Position numbers and translations under genes: made by a program | The notes under the pieces: generated by a model | What the model was told of the DNA's origin: nothing | What the model saw: only the letters and a program-made list of their open reading frames with translations | Database searches by the model: none | In this document: positions 1-8,759 of the stretch, piece by piece | Layout of the letters: each line of letters starts with the position of its first letter | Position numbering within the stretch: position 1 is the first letter of the stretch | Assembly: GCA_036170245.1 (NCBI GenBank) | Contig: JAVHOV010000002.1 | Location: 42,338 to 60,661, forward strand | DNA length: 18,324 nucleotides | Direction: 5' to 3' | Source: an archaeon | Lineage (GTDB): Archaea > Iainarchaeota > Iainarchaeia > Iainarchaeales > JAAZKV01

Positions 1-19
1 ATCACATTCAAAAATCATT

Positions 20-847
20 CTAATTTTTCTTTGCTGTTTTTGTTTCTTTTTTAGTTTCATTTAATTCTTCAACTGCTGACTTTGTCCAAACAACAAGTCT
101 TCCAGCTTCTGCACCAGGAGCCAATAAATCAACATTTAATGATTTAACAGTTACTGTGTCAACACCAGGCAAATTTCTTGCTGCTTTTAAAACTGGAGAA
201 TTTTTTCCAGTTACAATTAAAACACTCTTTTTTTGTTTCCAAACTCTTCCTCTTGATTTTCCTCTTCCTGCCCTGTGTCTGATTTTTCCGCGAGCATTTT
301 CTAAATCTTTTCCTGCTCCAACTTTGCTTAATATGTCTAAAACATCGCTAGTTCTAGCAGTTTCTTCAAATTTATCTTCAACAATTAAAGGTAATTCTTT
401 TTCAACTATAAATCTTGCTTCAACTAATTTTTTATTCATTGTTGCTGCAATTGCACTCTTAAGAGCTAATCTTCTTTCTTTCTTGTTGATTTCTTCAACA
501 ATAGTTTCCCAAGCTTTAAGTGGGTGTGCTGCTGGTCCGCCAACTGCGTGTGGAACTGAAGCAACTCTTCCGTACAATAGAGCTCCTCTATTTATTAATC
601 TTGGTAATCTTGCGTGTTCAACGTTAATTGTTCTGTGTTTAGCAGGTACTCCTCTGTATCCTTTGTATCTTGCTGTGTTCATTTTTCCTGCTCGAGGATT
701 AGCACCTTTTGGTTGCTTCTTTGAAGTTTGCAAAGCTTGTGCTGCTCTTTGAATTAAACTTGGTTTGTATTCAGTAGAAAAAACACTTGGCAATTCAATT
801 TGTGCCTTAACTGTTCCATCAATTCCAATAATGTTTGCTTTTGCCAT
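20..847 (-). CDS. rpl4: 50S ribosomal protein uL4 (archaeal L4)
   Basis: LPSVF...LIQRA, AVGGPAAHP, KINKKERR-like EEINKKERRLALKSAIAAT, RAGRGKSRGR, ARNLPGVD, LLAPG..GRLVVWT; directly follows rpl3. Confidence 0.98.
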   Translation of the reverse strand: MAKANIIGIDGTVKAQIELPSVFSTEYKPSLIQRAAQALQTSKKQPKGANPRAGKMNTARYKGYRGVPAKHRTINVEHARLPRLINRGALLYGRVASVPHAVGGPAAHPLKAWETIVEEINKKERRLALKSAIAATMNKKLVEARFIVEKELPLIVEDKFEETARTSDVLDILSKVGAGKDLENARGKIRHRAGRGKSRGRVWKQKKSVLIVTGKNSPVLKAARNLPGVDTVTVKSLNVDLLAPGAEAGRLVVWTKSAVEELNETKKETKTAKKN

Positions 848-864
848 ATTTCATCAACTCAAAT

Positions 865-1857
865 TTAATTTTTCACTATACTTTCTACTTTCTGTAATTG
901 TACTCCAACATGCTGTGCAGGTCGTAAGCACTTTCTTAATGCAACGCATCTTTTTGCTGGCCCTGGTAATGAACCGAAGATTAATGCGTAGGGTCCTTCT
1001 ACCATTCCGAAGTTTTGGAATCCTGCTTTAGGATTAACTTCACTAGCATCATTTGAAATTTTAATTAATTTTTTATTTGATTCAGTTCTGTTCTGGTAAC
1101 CCATTTGTCCTGCTCTTGCAACAGTCCACATTACAGTGTTTGGGTGCCAGGGTCCGATTGATCCAACAACTCTTACTCTCTTGTTCTTTGGTCTAAGAGA
1201 TCTAACGTGGAATCTTTTTACTGGTCCTTGGAATCCTTTTCCGCGTGTTACAGCTCTAACATCTAAAAATTCATTTTCATCAAATACTTCATTTATTGCA
1301 ATTTCTTTTCCTAATTTTTCTTTGCAATAATTTAATTGTTGTTCTTTTGTTCCGCCAATATAAACTTCTGAAACTTCAGGAGTTTTCTTGAATGATGGCT
1401 GTGTGTTAACTAATAATGTGAAATATTCTATATCATTTAATTCTTTTTCAAAATCAGCTACAGTGTAAGAATCATTTTTATTTTCTTTTGATTCTTTTTT
1501 GCTTGTCTTGTGCTTGAAATTATTTATTTTTCTTTCAAGTTTAGTATCATGGTTTTCAGCTATAACATCGCTTAATACAGTAAATCCGATTTCATCTTTT
1601 ACATATGCTCTTATTCCAAATACTTTCATTGGAGGGCATTCTACAACAGTTACAGGCACAACAACATCCTGGTTGAAACTAGGGCTTGCTTTGTGAACAT
1701 TTTTACCCATTACTTGAGTCATTCCTGCTTTATAACATAAAAAATTAAGTGGTTTGTTTTCAGTACCATGTCCCTTTAATGAAGGAGTTTCCTTCTTAGC
1801 TCTTACTCTTGGATAGTAGGATAGAGATCCTCTTCGTGGTGCATTAAATTCTGACAT
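865..1857 (-). CDS. rpl3: 50S ribosomal protein uL3 (archaeal L3)
   Basis: PRRGSL, YKAGMT, VTVVECPP, TRGKGFQGPVKRF, GSIGPWHP, AGQMGY..RTE, GSLPGP.KR motifs; GAGTGA RBS. Confidence 0.98.
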   Translation of the reverse strand: MSEFNAPRRGSLSYYPRVRAKKETPSLKGHGTENKPLNFLCYKAGMTQVMGKNVHKASPSFNQDVVVPVTVVECPPMKVFGIRAYVKDEIGFTVLSDVIAENHDTKLERKINNFKHKTSKKESKENKNDSYTVADFEKELNDIEYFTLLVNTQPSFKKTPEVSEVYIGGTKEQQLNYCKEKLGKEIAINEVFDENEFLDVRAVTRGKGFQGPVKRFHVRSLRPKNKRVRVVGSIGPWHPNTVMWTVARAGQMGYQNRTESNKKLIKISNDASEVNPKAGFQNFGMVEGPYALIFGSLPGPAKRCVALRKCLRPAQHVGVQLQKVESIVKN

Positions 1858-2012
1858 AATTTCACTCTTTTCAAATTTTCAAACAATTTGAATACTAAAC
1901 CAAAAGTTTTTTTTCAAAAACTTTCAAATCCAAAAAATAGATATTTTTTGGTATTTGCTCTTCTTCGACAGCGCTCACCATAATTTGAACTGTCATAAGA
2001 GTAGTGTACTCA
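1858..2012 (-). promoter_or_regulatory. Structured 5' leader of rpl3-rpl4 (candidate ribosomal-protein leader)
   Basis: Stems at 1930-1939/1942-1951, 1958-1962/1997-2001 and 1967-1971/1990-1994, lying between a TATA box and the rpl3 start. Confidence 0.45.
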
Positions 2013-2036
2013 ATAACATATTCCCTAAAAAAAACA

Positions 2037-2044
2037 TTTATAAA
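2037..2044 (-). promoter_or_regulatory. TATA box for rpl3-rpl4
   Basis: TTTATAAA in the intergenic region about 180 nt upstream of the rpl3 ATG. Confidence 0.55.
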
Positions 2045-2086
2045 CCTGCTCCCAAGGCTTACCTCGTAGAGCATTTTTAGAAATTA

Positions 2087-4018
2087 TTAATCTTTATTAT
2101 TTACCCATCCTTGCGAAGTTGTTGCTTTTGACTTCGGCGAATAATCTAAAATTCCAACTAGAACTACTATTACTAAAATTATTAGTAATATTATTCCTAT
2201 TGCCCCGGCATTTGTGCCGAATGCAAATAACCCAGCTAATGCTGAATTATTTTGATTACTTGTGTTTGTGTTAGCTGAAATTATTTTACCGTCGGAAGTA
2301 AAACTTACTTTTATGTTTCCTTCAGAATAATTTCCGCTTGTTCCTAATTTTTCAGTGAAAGTGTTTTCTCCAGGAACAACTGATATACTTCTTGAAATAT
2401 CAGGCCACCCTTCAGGAGAATCAATGTTTAAAGTACCATCAAATATTTTGTTTGTAGGATTATCTACTTGTATTGTTAGGGTTATTGTGCTTGAATTGTA
2501 ATCTCTATCAGTATTAGCACTCATTGTTGCTTCATTTAGAGTACCATTAGCAGTGTTTTTCACTTGAACTGTCTTTGCACTTAAACTGCATCCCTCAATT
2601 GTAGGAATAAACTTTATTACACCAGTTTGTGAATTTAATCCGACACTTACTTTTTTGCTTAATGAAGAATTCTTTGGCAGTACTATTACTGTTGGAGAAA
2701 TATCCATTGTTCCCTCAATAATTATTTTTGCTGTTCTATTGCTTGCATTAGTTATAGTAAATGCTAAGTCACCGTAATTTTCAACTGTAATTGAATCAGG
2801 AACTGAAATATTAAATCCTGCACAATTTGGATTTATTGAATTGTTAGCTAAATCAAGTACATTTACATCAAATGTTTTTGTTCCAATTTGAGTAAATGAA
2901 CAACTTCTCCCATCAGAGAAAATTCCTCTTACTTTTACAGTCCCTTGTAGTGTTCTTGTCTGAGTAACATTAGGAAGTACTGCGTTAAGTATTAAGTCCC
3001 CAGTTTGTCCTGGGAAAATATATTTTTCATTGAAATAATTGTTTAAAGTAAAGCTTGAAGATGCAGTTTCAACTGCCAGTACTTCAAATCTTTTTGTAGA
3101 ATTATTTTTTATTCCAAAAGCTAATTTTTGAGTTGAAGATTCGTCTAGTTCAGTATTTCTTGTTTGTATATCTATATTATCACAATCTGAACTTGTTGAG
3201 TAACTAGATCCATCATCATTGCTTGAAGTATTATTAATTGTAACACTGATATTTTTCTTCCCTATTGCTGATGCAGAACAGAAAGTATTTCCTAAATATC
3301 CTTCCACGCTTAACACTAATGTAGTTGAAGTTCTGCTTGAAACATACCCGGGTTCAATTAAAAGATCCAAACTGTCATCAGAGTGAGAGTAAACATATTC
3401 GGGATAATCAATACTACCTGATTCTATTATAGCACTTGATGAAGAAAAATCCGCATTAGTTATCCTAAAGTCTTTGCTTGTATTATTTTCAATTGTAAAA
3501 GTTTTTGTTACATTACTCCCTTCATCAATTGTAATACTGCTTGTGTTTATTTTTATTCCATCACAAGAATTATTTTCAACACTAAGAGTTGCTTCATCAG
3601 AATCTTTCACAGTAGTCCCATTCAGTATTGAAGATTCAACCCTAAATTCAGTATAGTTTGAATTACTTCCTGTATTAAATTCATCAGTAAAGTAAACAGA
3701 ATAATCAGTTTCATTGTCTAACTCAAACGATTCATTTTGAGTCTTAACATCAACCCAATCAGAGGCTGATTCGCTATATTTTGTTATTACTACTTTAGCA
3801 GTAAGGTTTGTAGGACAATCATTTCCTGAGTAAGACATGTCAAAAGTTAATTTAATATCAATATCAGAACTTTTTGGAGCAGTTATGCTTGTGTCATAAG
3901 ACCCATCCGCTTTAAGTTGAGTAACTAAACCAGAAATGTCAACATTACAAGCCAATGCACTAGAAGTCATTATTAGTAACAGCATCAAAACTGACAGTAT
4001 TCGCATGTTAAATTGCAT
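2087..4018 (-). CDS. Large membrane-anchored cell-surface protein (~643 aa) with tandem Cys-flanked beta-sandwich (Ig-like) repeats
   Basis: Start reassigned to ATG 4018 (GGGGTGGG RBS at 4023-4030, TTTATA at 4086-4091); signal peptide MRILSVLMLLLIMTSSALA; Ser/Thr/Asn-rich with many N-x-S/T sequons; three related units starting at 3565, 3184 and 2824; C-terminal TM helix and short tail. Confidence 0.8.
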   Translation of the reverse strand: MQFNMRILSVLMLLLIMTSSALACNVDISGLVTQLKADGSYDTSITAPKSSDIDIKLTFDMSYSGNDCPTNLTAKVVITKYSESASDWVDVKTQNESFELDNETDYSVYFTDEFNTGSNSNYTEFRVESSILNGTTVKDSDEATLSVENNSCDGIKINTSSITIDEGSNVTKTFTIENNTSKDFRITNADFSSSSAIIESGSIDYPEYVYSHSDDSLDLLIEPGYVSSRTSTTLVLSVEGYLGNTFCSASAIGKKNISVTINNTSSNDDGSSYSTSSDCDNIDIQTRNTELDESSTQKLAFGIKNNSTKRFEVLAVETASSSFTLNNYFNEKYIFPGQTGDLILNAVLPNVTQTRTLQGTVKVRGIFSDGRSCSFTQIGTKTFDVNVLDLANNSINPNCAGFNISVPDSITVENYGDLAFTITNASNRTAKIIIEGTMDISPTVIVLPKNSSLSKKVSVGLNSQTGVIKFIPTIEGCSLSAKTVQVKNTANGTLNEATMSANTDRDYNSSTITLTIQVDNPTNKIFDGTLNIDSPEGWPDISRSISVVPGENTFTEKLGTSGNYSEGNIKVSFTSDGKIISANTNTSNQNNSALAGLFAFGTNAGAIGIILLIILVIVVLVGILDYSPKSKATTSQGWVNNKD

Positions 4019-4130
4019 AAAACCCACCCCAAACTTATTCACGCTAAAAAGATTAACGTGCAATACATACATTGCGTACAAGGAGTATAAATACTTTTCG
4101 CTTATTAACTGGAAGAAGTTACAGCCTAAT

Positions 4131-5045
4131 TTACTTCTTTTTTGAGGATATTTGCTTGTAAAGTGCAACTTGCCCAAATAGAGCAATTAACTCGCAAAGC
4201 ACCATTATTATTAGAAACAAAATAAAGAATAAAATGAATAAACCAATTGTAAAGATAAAACTACTAGACCCAATTTCCCCAAAAGTAGGAACAACACCCA
4301 TTGGAACAAACGCTATTTGTTCAATTACATAAGCAAGTCCTGTGAAAATTAATTGTATTATAAAAATTAAAAAAGCTTTTCCGCTAGTTAAAGCCCAAGA
4401 ACTTTTAACTGATTCCTTTATCCCTAAATCTTTTTCAACTATAAGAATACCTGCAAAAGAAACTCTGATAGCATTTCTTACAACCATTATATAATAAATA
4501 ACAAGTAAAACACATGCAATAATAAGGGATAAAATTCCAAAAGCAGAAATCAATATATTTCCTGAATAAAGTACAAGTAAAAATAATCCTTCAAAGAATA
4601 AAACAACCCCAATTATTCCAAACAAAAGCCATTTTAGTTCATACAAACTAAAAAAAGAAACAAAAAACGCAACTATTCCAGACAGACACATTTTGATTGC
4701 AAGTTTAATACTAAACTTCTGGAATTTTTTTCCGATTGATTCCAAAGCAAATGAAATTATTCTGTAAGAAAAATAAATTCCGGAAAGGATAGTAACAACT
4801 AAAAAAAGCAGTGTGAAAATCAAAGGGATTATAGTGAAAACACTGTACTCAGGAGTAACAAAAAAATACACTCCTACAATTAAGGAAAGAACTGCTAATA
4901 TGCAGGATAGAAAAAATCCAATTATAATCAAAAATAAAACTAATGTTTCAGCAATCAATTTCTTTTGTTTAAACAAACCAAGAGTTGCAAAAGTCAGAAC
5001 TGAATTAAAATCAAACTTTTTTAAATAATTAAAATCAAACCCCAT
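4131..5045 (-). CDS. Polytopic membrane protein of unknown function
   Basis: About 6 hydrophobic segments; G..ESVKSSWALT.GK motif typical of DUF975/GDPD-membrane-domain-like proteins; GAGTGA RBS. Confidence 0.75.
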   Translation of the reverse strand: MGFDFNYLKKFDFNSVLTFATLGLFKQKKLIAETLVLFLIIIGFFLSCILAVLSLIVGVYFFVTPEYSVFTIIPLIFTLLFLVVTILSGIYFSYRIISFALESIGKKFQKFSIKLAIKMCLSGIVAFFVSFFSLYELKWLLFGIIGVVLFFEGLFLLVLYSGNILISAFGILSLIIACVLLVIYYIMVVRNAIRVSFAGILIVEKDLGIKESVKSSWALTSGKAFLIFIIQLIFTGLAYVIEQIAFVPMGVVPTFGEIGSSSFIFTIGLFILFFILFLIIMVLCELIALFGQVALYKQISSKKK

Positions 5046-5138
5046 ATTAAAATCACTCTATAAAAATATTGTAAAGAACATTTTATTAACCTTACAAATC
5101 AAGATCAACAAAATGCTCTTTCACCACTCAAAACACAT

Positions 5139-5411
5139 TTAGAATTTTGGTATAAATGGTGGTCTTTCATCAGTAACAAAGAACATATATGCGCCTATCT
5201 TTGTCATCCATTCCACTACATTACCCAAAAATCCTGCTCCAATTCTCTTTGCTAAGATTAAGCAAGTTAGGAAATTTATAATCAATAGGATATACAATGC
5301 AATTCCTACAAAGATCATTACAATGTACAATACGATTGCATACAATATTCTAACGATTACTTCTACTCTACTAACCTTATCATCAGGTTTTACACTAACA
5401 CTAACACTCAT
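5139..5411 (-). CDS. Small membrane protein, DUF4389-like
   Basis: SR..V.VR, long hydrophobic helix, C-terminal AY....TDERPPF signature; GAGGTGA RBS. Confidence 0.7.
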   Translation of the reverse strand: MSVSVSVKPDDKVSRVEVIVRILYAIVLYIVMIFVGIALYILLIINFLTCLILAKRIGAGFLGNVVEWMTKIGAYMFFVTDERPPFIPKF

Positions 5412-5519
5412 TAAATCACCTCAAAATTACTATTAGAAGTAAGATTTTGGCATTTAAATAATTGCCTATTTTTAAAAAAGAAGTCAAAACAACAACAAAA
5501 ATTATCTAAAAAATTTAAT

Positions 5520-6959
5520 TTACCCTTTAATGCAAATCATTGGTTTGAGTTTTGCTACTTTATTAGATATCCCGGTGTCATCCATTACTTTGACTACCTC
5601 CAAAATATCTTTGTAAGCATCAGGCGCTTCTTCAGAAAGTCCTTTTGCTGAACGCGCTTTTATTATTATTCCTTTTTCACTTAAAGATTTCAACAATTCT
5701 TCCCCGCTCCACTTTTCAAAAGCAGCAGTTCTTGACATACTTCTTCCAGCACCATGAATTGTTGAGCCAAATGTTTCAAACATTGCAAGTTTAGTTCCTT
5801 TCAAAATAAATGAATTTGTTCCCATTGAACCGCCGACAATTACTGGCTGACCAATAGAGCGGTACTTAATAGGAACATTAATATTATTTGGACCAAATCC
5901 TCTAGTTGATCCTTTTCTTTGAATTAATAATTTTCTTTTTTTTCCTTCAACAAGATGCGTTTCAATTTTTGCAGTATTGTGTCCAACATCATAAAATGTT
6001 TTTGTATCATATTCACTAATCCCAAATACTTTTGCAATACTTCTCTTAACTAAAGTCCCTATAACTTGTCTATTTGCAAATGCCGCATTTGTTCCCGCAT
6101 TAATTGCAGAAAAATATTTTTGCCCTTCTTCTGAATTGAAAGGAGCACAAACTAAATCTCTATTATTAATTTGAATATTGTATTTTTTTACTGCAATATC
6201 AAGAACTGGCAAATAATCATTTCCAATTTGATGCCCTAAAGCACGAGATCCGCAGTGAATGCTTACAAAAGTCCCACCTTCACTTAATTCAAATTTCTTT
6301 GCAGCAGCAACATCAAATATTTTTTCTATTTTCTGCACTTCACAATAGTGATTCCCTGAACCCAAAGTCCCAATTTGATCACATGCTCTTTCTTTTGCTT
6401 TGTCTGAAACAGAAGTAGGATCAACTTTTTTTAGTTTTCCTTTTTCTTCTATAAAAGTTAAATCTTTTTTCTTTCCATACCCTCTTTTTACAACATACTC
6501 TGCACCAAGGGTAAGTACTTCATCCATTTCGCTTTTAGTTAATTTTAGTTTTCCGCCAATTCCTACTCCTGCAGGAACATCTTTGAATAATTGCTCTGCA
6601 AGCTCCTTCTTTTTTGATTCAATTTCTTTTGCAGTTAATGGAAGAACTAGTGAATGCACTCCGCAGTTAATATCAAAACCGGTAGCAGCAAATGTGATTA
6701 CCCCGCTGTTCAAATCTGAAGCTGTAATAGTTCCAATTGGCGCACCATAGCCTGGATGAATATCAGCTAATGATACAACCCCAACTAATCCAGGAAGTGA
6801 AGAAATATTTTTTAATTGATTAAGAGAGCTATTTTGATTTGCCGCTTCTTTGTTAAGCACTGAAACTATTTTTTCATCAGCAAATATTTTTGGAGAAATA
6901 TTCATTTTTTCTTCTTTAGAAAAAGAATAAACATTTCTTCTTAATTTTTTCAATTCCAT
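5520..6959 (-). CDS. rtcB: RtcB family 3'-phosphate/5'-OH RNA ligase (tRNA-splicing/repair ligase)
   Basis: D-I-H-PGYGAPIG, GFDINCG, GTLGSGNHY.E, H-C-GSR..GHQ, YDVGHN.AK, RKG.TR, GSMG, HGAGR (guanylated His), EEAP.AYK, terminal KG. Confidence 0.98.
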   Translation of the reverse strand: MELKKLRRNVYSFSKEEKMNISPKIFADEKIVSVLNKEAANQNSSLNQLKNISSLPGLVGVVSLADIHPGYGAPIGTITASDLNSGVITFAATGFDINCGVHSLVLPLTAKEIESKKKELAEQLFKDVPAGVGIGGKLKLTKSEMDEVLTLGAEYVVKRGYGKKKDLTFIEEKGKLKKVDPTSVSDKAKERACDQIGTLGSGNHYCEVQKIEKIFDVAAAKKFELSEGGTFVSIHCGSRALGHQIGNDYLPVLDIAVKKYNIQINNRDLVCAPFNSEEGQKYFSAINAGTNAAFANRQVIGTLVKRSIAKVFGISEYDTKTFYDVGHNTAKIETHLVEGKKRKLLIQRKGSTRGFGPNNINVPIKYRSIGQPVIVGGSMGTNSFILKGTKLAMFETFGSTIHGAGRSMSRTAAFEKWSGEELLKSLSEKGIIIKARSAKGLSEEAPDAYKDILEVVKVMDDTGISNKVAKLKPMICIKG

Positions 6960-6985
6960 ACAAAATCACATTTTAAAAATAACTC

Positions 6986-7423
6986 TTACACATCAACAAT
7001 GCATTGTGCGACCCACATACCTTTGTTTGATTCTACCTTCAATTCAGAATATGTTGGCGCTTTTACATCAACTTTAAAGAAGTGCTTTTTTGAATCAATT
7101 TTTTCCCCAAAGAGAGTTGCTTTTAGAACAAATTCTTCTTTGTCTTCTTCATTTTTTTCTTTTGAGATATTAACTCTGAATTTTGAATAAATCATTTTTT
7201 TCTTGTCTTTTATATAAAGCAATTCATTAAGAAAAGAAACTAACAAAGCTTGTTCATCCTGGGCAGTTATTTTTATTACATGACTCTTTTTTGGTTCAAT
7301 TGAATTAATATCAACCATTACACTCATCATTGCACTCGCACATTCCTCAAAAGCACTGTTCATTGAATTACCTTTGCCGCGAACACCAATATCAGCTTTA
7401 TTTTCAAAAGTTTCAAAACTCAT
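6986..7423 (-). CDS. Archease (RtcB activator)
   Basis: N-terminal E-N-K-A-D-I-G (cf. EHTAD), LLVSFLNELLY, GE.ID..KH, VKA.TY, C-terminal DV; immediately upstream of rtcB; ATG 7423 preferred over TTG 7438. Confidence 0.93.
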   Translation of the reverse strand: MSFETFENKADIGVRGKGNSMNSAFEECASAMMSVMVDINSIEPKKSHVIKITAQDEQALLVSFLNELLYIKDKKKMIYSKFRVNISKEKNEEDKEEFVLKATLFGEKIDSKKHFFKVDVKAPTYSELKVESNKGMWVAQCIVDV

Positions 7424-7453
7424 AAATAACCACTTCAAATTTATTTTTTTAAA

Positions 7454-7741
7454 TTATTTATTTCTAGATTTAATTTTTAATTTTCCACCCATAACCCTTT
7501 TTGGAACACAAATATTTTCATACAAAAAATATAACGCAACCATTCCCCACACCCCTTCGAGAATGAAGAATATTTGCGAAGCTGTTAAATAAGCATAGAC
7601 AAATAAAAGCCCTGACCCGATTAACTGCATTAAATAATACAGAGTAATTTTATATCTTGTTTTTTTTCTTACATTAAAAATAAACGCAACTAAAAGTATC
7701 ACAAGCCCCATTACTCCAACTAAACTTGTAAATAAACCCAT
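7454..7741 (-). CDS. Small three-TM membrane protein (CBU_0592/SemiSWEET-like architecture)
   Basis: G.MG..ILLVAF, YY.MQLIGS.LL..YA, FFILE..W pattern; 95 aa. Confidence 0.65.
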   Translation of the reverse strand: MGLFTSLVGVMGLVILLVAFIFNVRKKTRYKITLYYLMQLIGSGLLFVYAYLTASQIFFILEGVWGMVALYFLYENICVPKRVMGGKLKIKSRNK

Positions 7742-7761
7742 TTTTTCTCATCCTTAAAAAT

Positions 7762-8223
7762 TTAATACATTTTTTTATTTTTCCTATTTTTCCACTCTTT
7801 AAATGGAGCAAGTATTTTTTTATCCTTAATATGAATCATCCTTAAATATTTAGTCTTAGGGGCCAAGTTTATATCATTATAAATATTCTTATCGCTAAAT
7901 CCAATTTTATCAGCATCTTCTCTCGTGCACCCATAATATAATTTTTTTATTCTCGCCCACTCTATTGCGGCTAAGCACATTGGGCAGGGTTCGCAACTAG
8001 AATAAATTTCACAGTCACCTAAATCAAATCTCTTTAATTTTTTAGCGGCTTTTCTTATAGCAGTTATTTCTGCGTGAGCCGTAGGATCAAGGGTTTTTAG
8101 AACCATATTGTGAGCTAATGAAATAACTTTTCCCTTTCTTACAATTACTGCTCCAAATGGACCGCCGTCTTTTGCTCGCATTCCTTTGAATGCTTCACTA
8201 GTTGCTTTTTGCATGTAATCCAT
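7762..8223 (-). CDS. guaD: Zn-dependent deaminase of the cytidine-deaminase superfamily, most like Bacillus-type guanine deaminase
   Basis: GGPFGAVIV, DPTAHAE, CEPCPMC, WARI, DA..IGF-S-D..IY, C-terminal F.EW......Y. Confidence 0.82.
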   Translation of the reverse strand: MDYMQKATSEAFKGMRAKDGGPFGAVIVRKGKVISLAHNMVLKTLDPTAHAEITAIRKAAKKLKRFDLGDCEIYSSCEPCPMCLAAIEWARIKKLYYGCTREDADKIGFSDKNIYNDINLAPKTKYLRMIHIKDKKILAPFKEWKNRKNKKMY

Positions 8224-8258
8224 ATTAGAACTAGGGAAAAGGGTGTTTTTATACTTTC

Positions 8259-8759
8259 TCAGAGAGTAAAGAACTCCATAAACTGGTGAGCAGTTACAAT
8301 CTTCACCCCATTAAATTTATTCATTTTTAGCAAGTGTTTATCACCAGAAATTATAAATTCTGCATTCGCTTCAAGCGCCACTTCAAGCACCTTATTGTCA
8401 TCCTTATCCTCACAATCAAATACTCTTTGAGTTGGTTGAATTAATTGAAAAATTGATTCAAAAAAAGCTGCTTTATTTTCAGCATTTTCTATACTTTCAT
8501 CAAAGTCCCTAATTATTGAATTTTTGTACTCCTCAATTAAATCTATTGAAGAACAAGCAATTAATTTTTTATTTAAAACAAAATCAACTATTTTCTTTGG
8601 ATTTCCAAACCAATAACTTGCAGAAATTAAAATATTAGTATCAAGAACTACTTTTAGTCTTTCATCTTTCTGCGTCTGTGAATTATATCTACTACATCTT
8701 CTTCTTTTATCCCTAAAGAAGTAACTCTCTTGTTCCCCTCTTTCACCATTTCGTTCCAT
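8259..8759 (-). CDS. PIN-domain ribonuclease (VapC-like toxin); start position uncertain
   Basis: KVVLDTNILISA, L..E, D.DDNKVLE.A, IISGDKHLL: acidic active-site residues present; domain begins about 8657; only in-frame canonical start is 8759, inside the antitoxin gene. Confidence 0.88.
   Translation of the reverse strand: MERNGERGEQESYFFRDKRRRCSRYNSQTQKDERLKVVLDTNILISASYWFGNPKKIVDFVLNKKLIACSSIDLIEEYKNSIIRDFDESIENAENKAAFFESIFQLIQPTQRVFDCEDKDDNKVLEVALEANAEFIISGDKHLLKMNKFNGVKIVTAHQFMEFFTL

Noticed and set aside
156..1696. Plus-strand ORFs 156-752, 765-1031, 1136-1330, 1499-1696
   Set aside because: Antisense shadows of rpl4/rpl3 with no recognisable motifs or RBS.
4019..4186. N-terminal 56 aa of the 699-aa ORF call
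   Set aside because: Overlaps the upstream gene and contains the TATA box and RBS; the signal peptide begins after ATG 4018.
5520..6959. Intein or intron in rtcB
   Set aside because: 479 aa with continuous motifs through DINCG; no insertion.
7762..8223. tRNA adenosine deaminase TadA
   Set aside because: Has GGPFGA and the GuaD-type C-terminus rather than TadA's EVPVGA and C-terminal FF..RR features.
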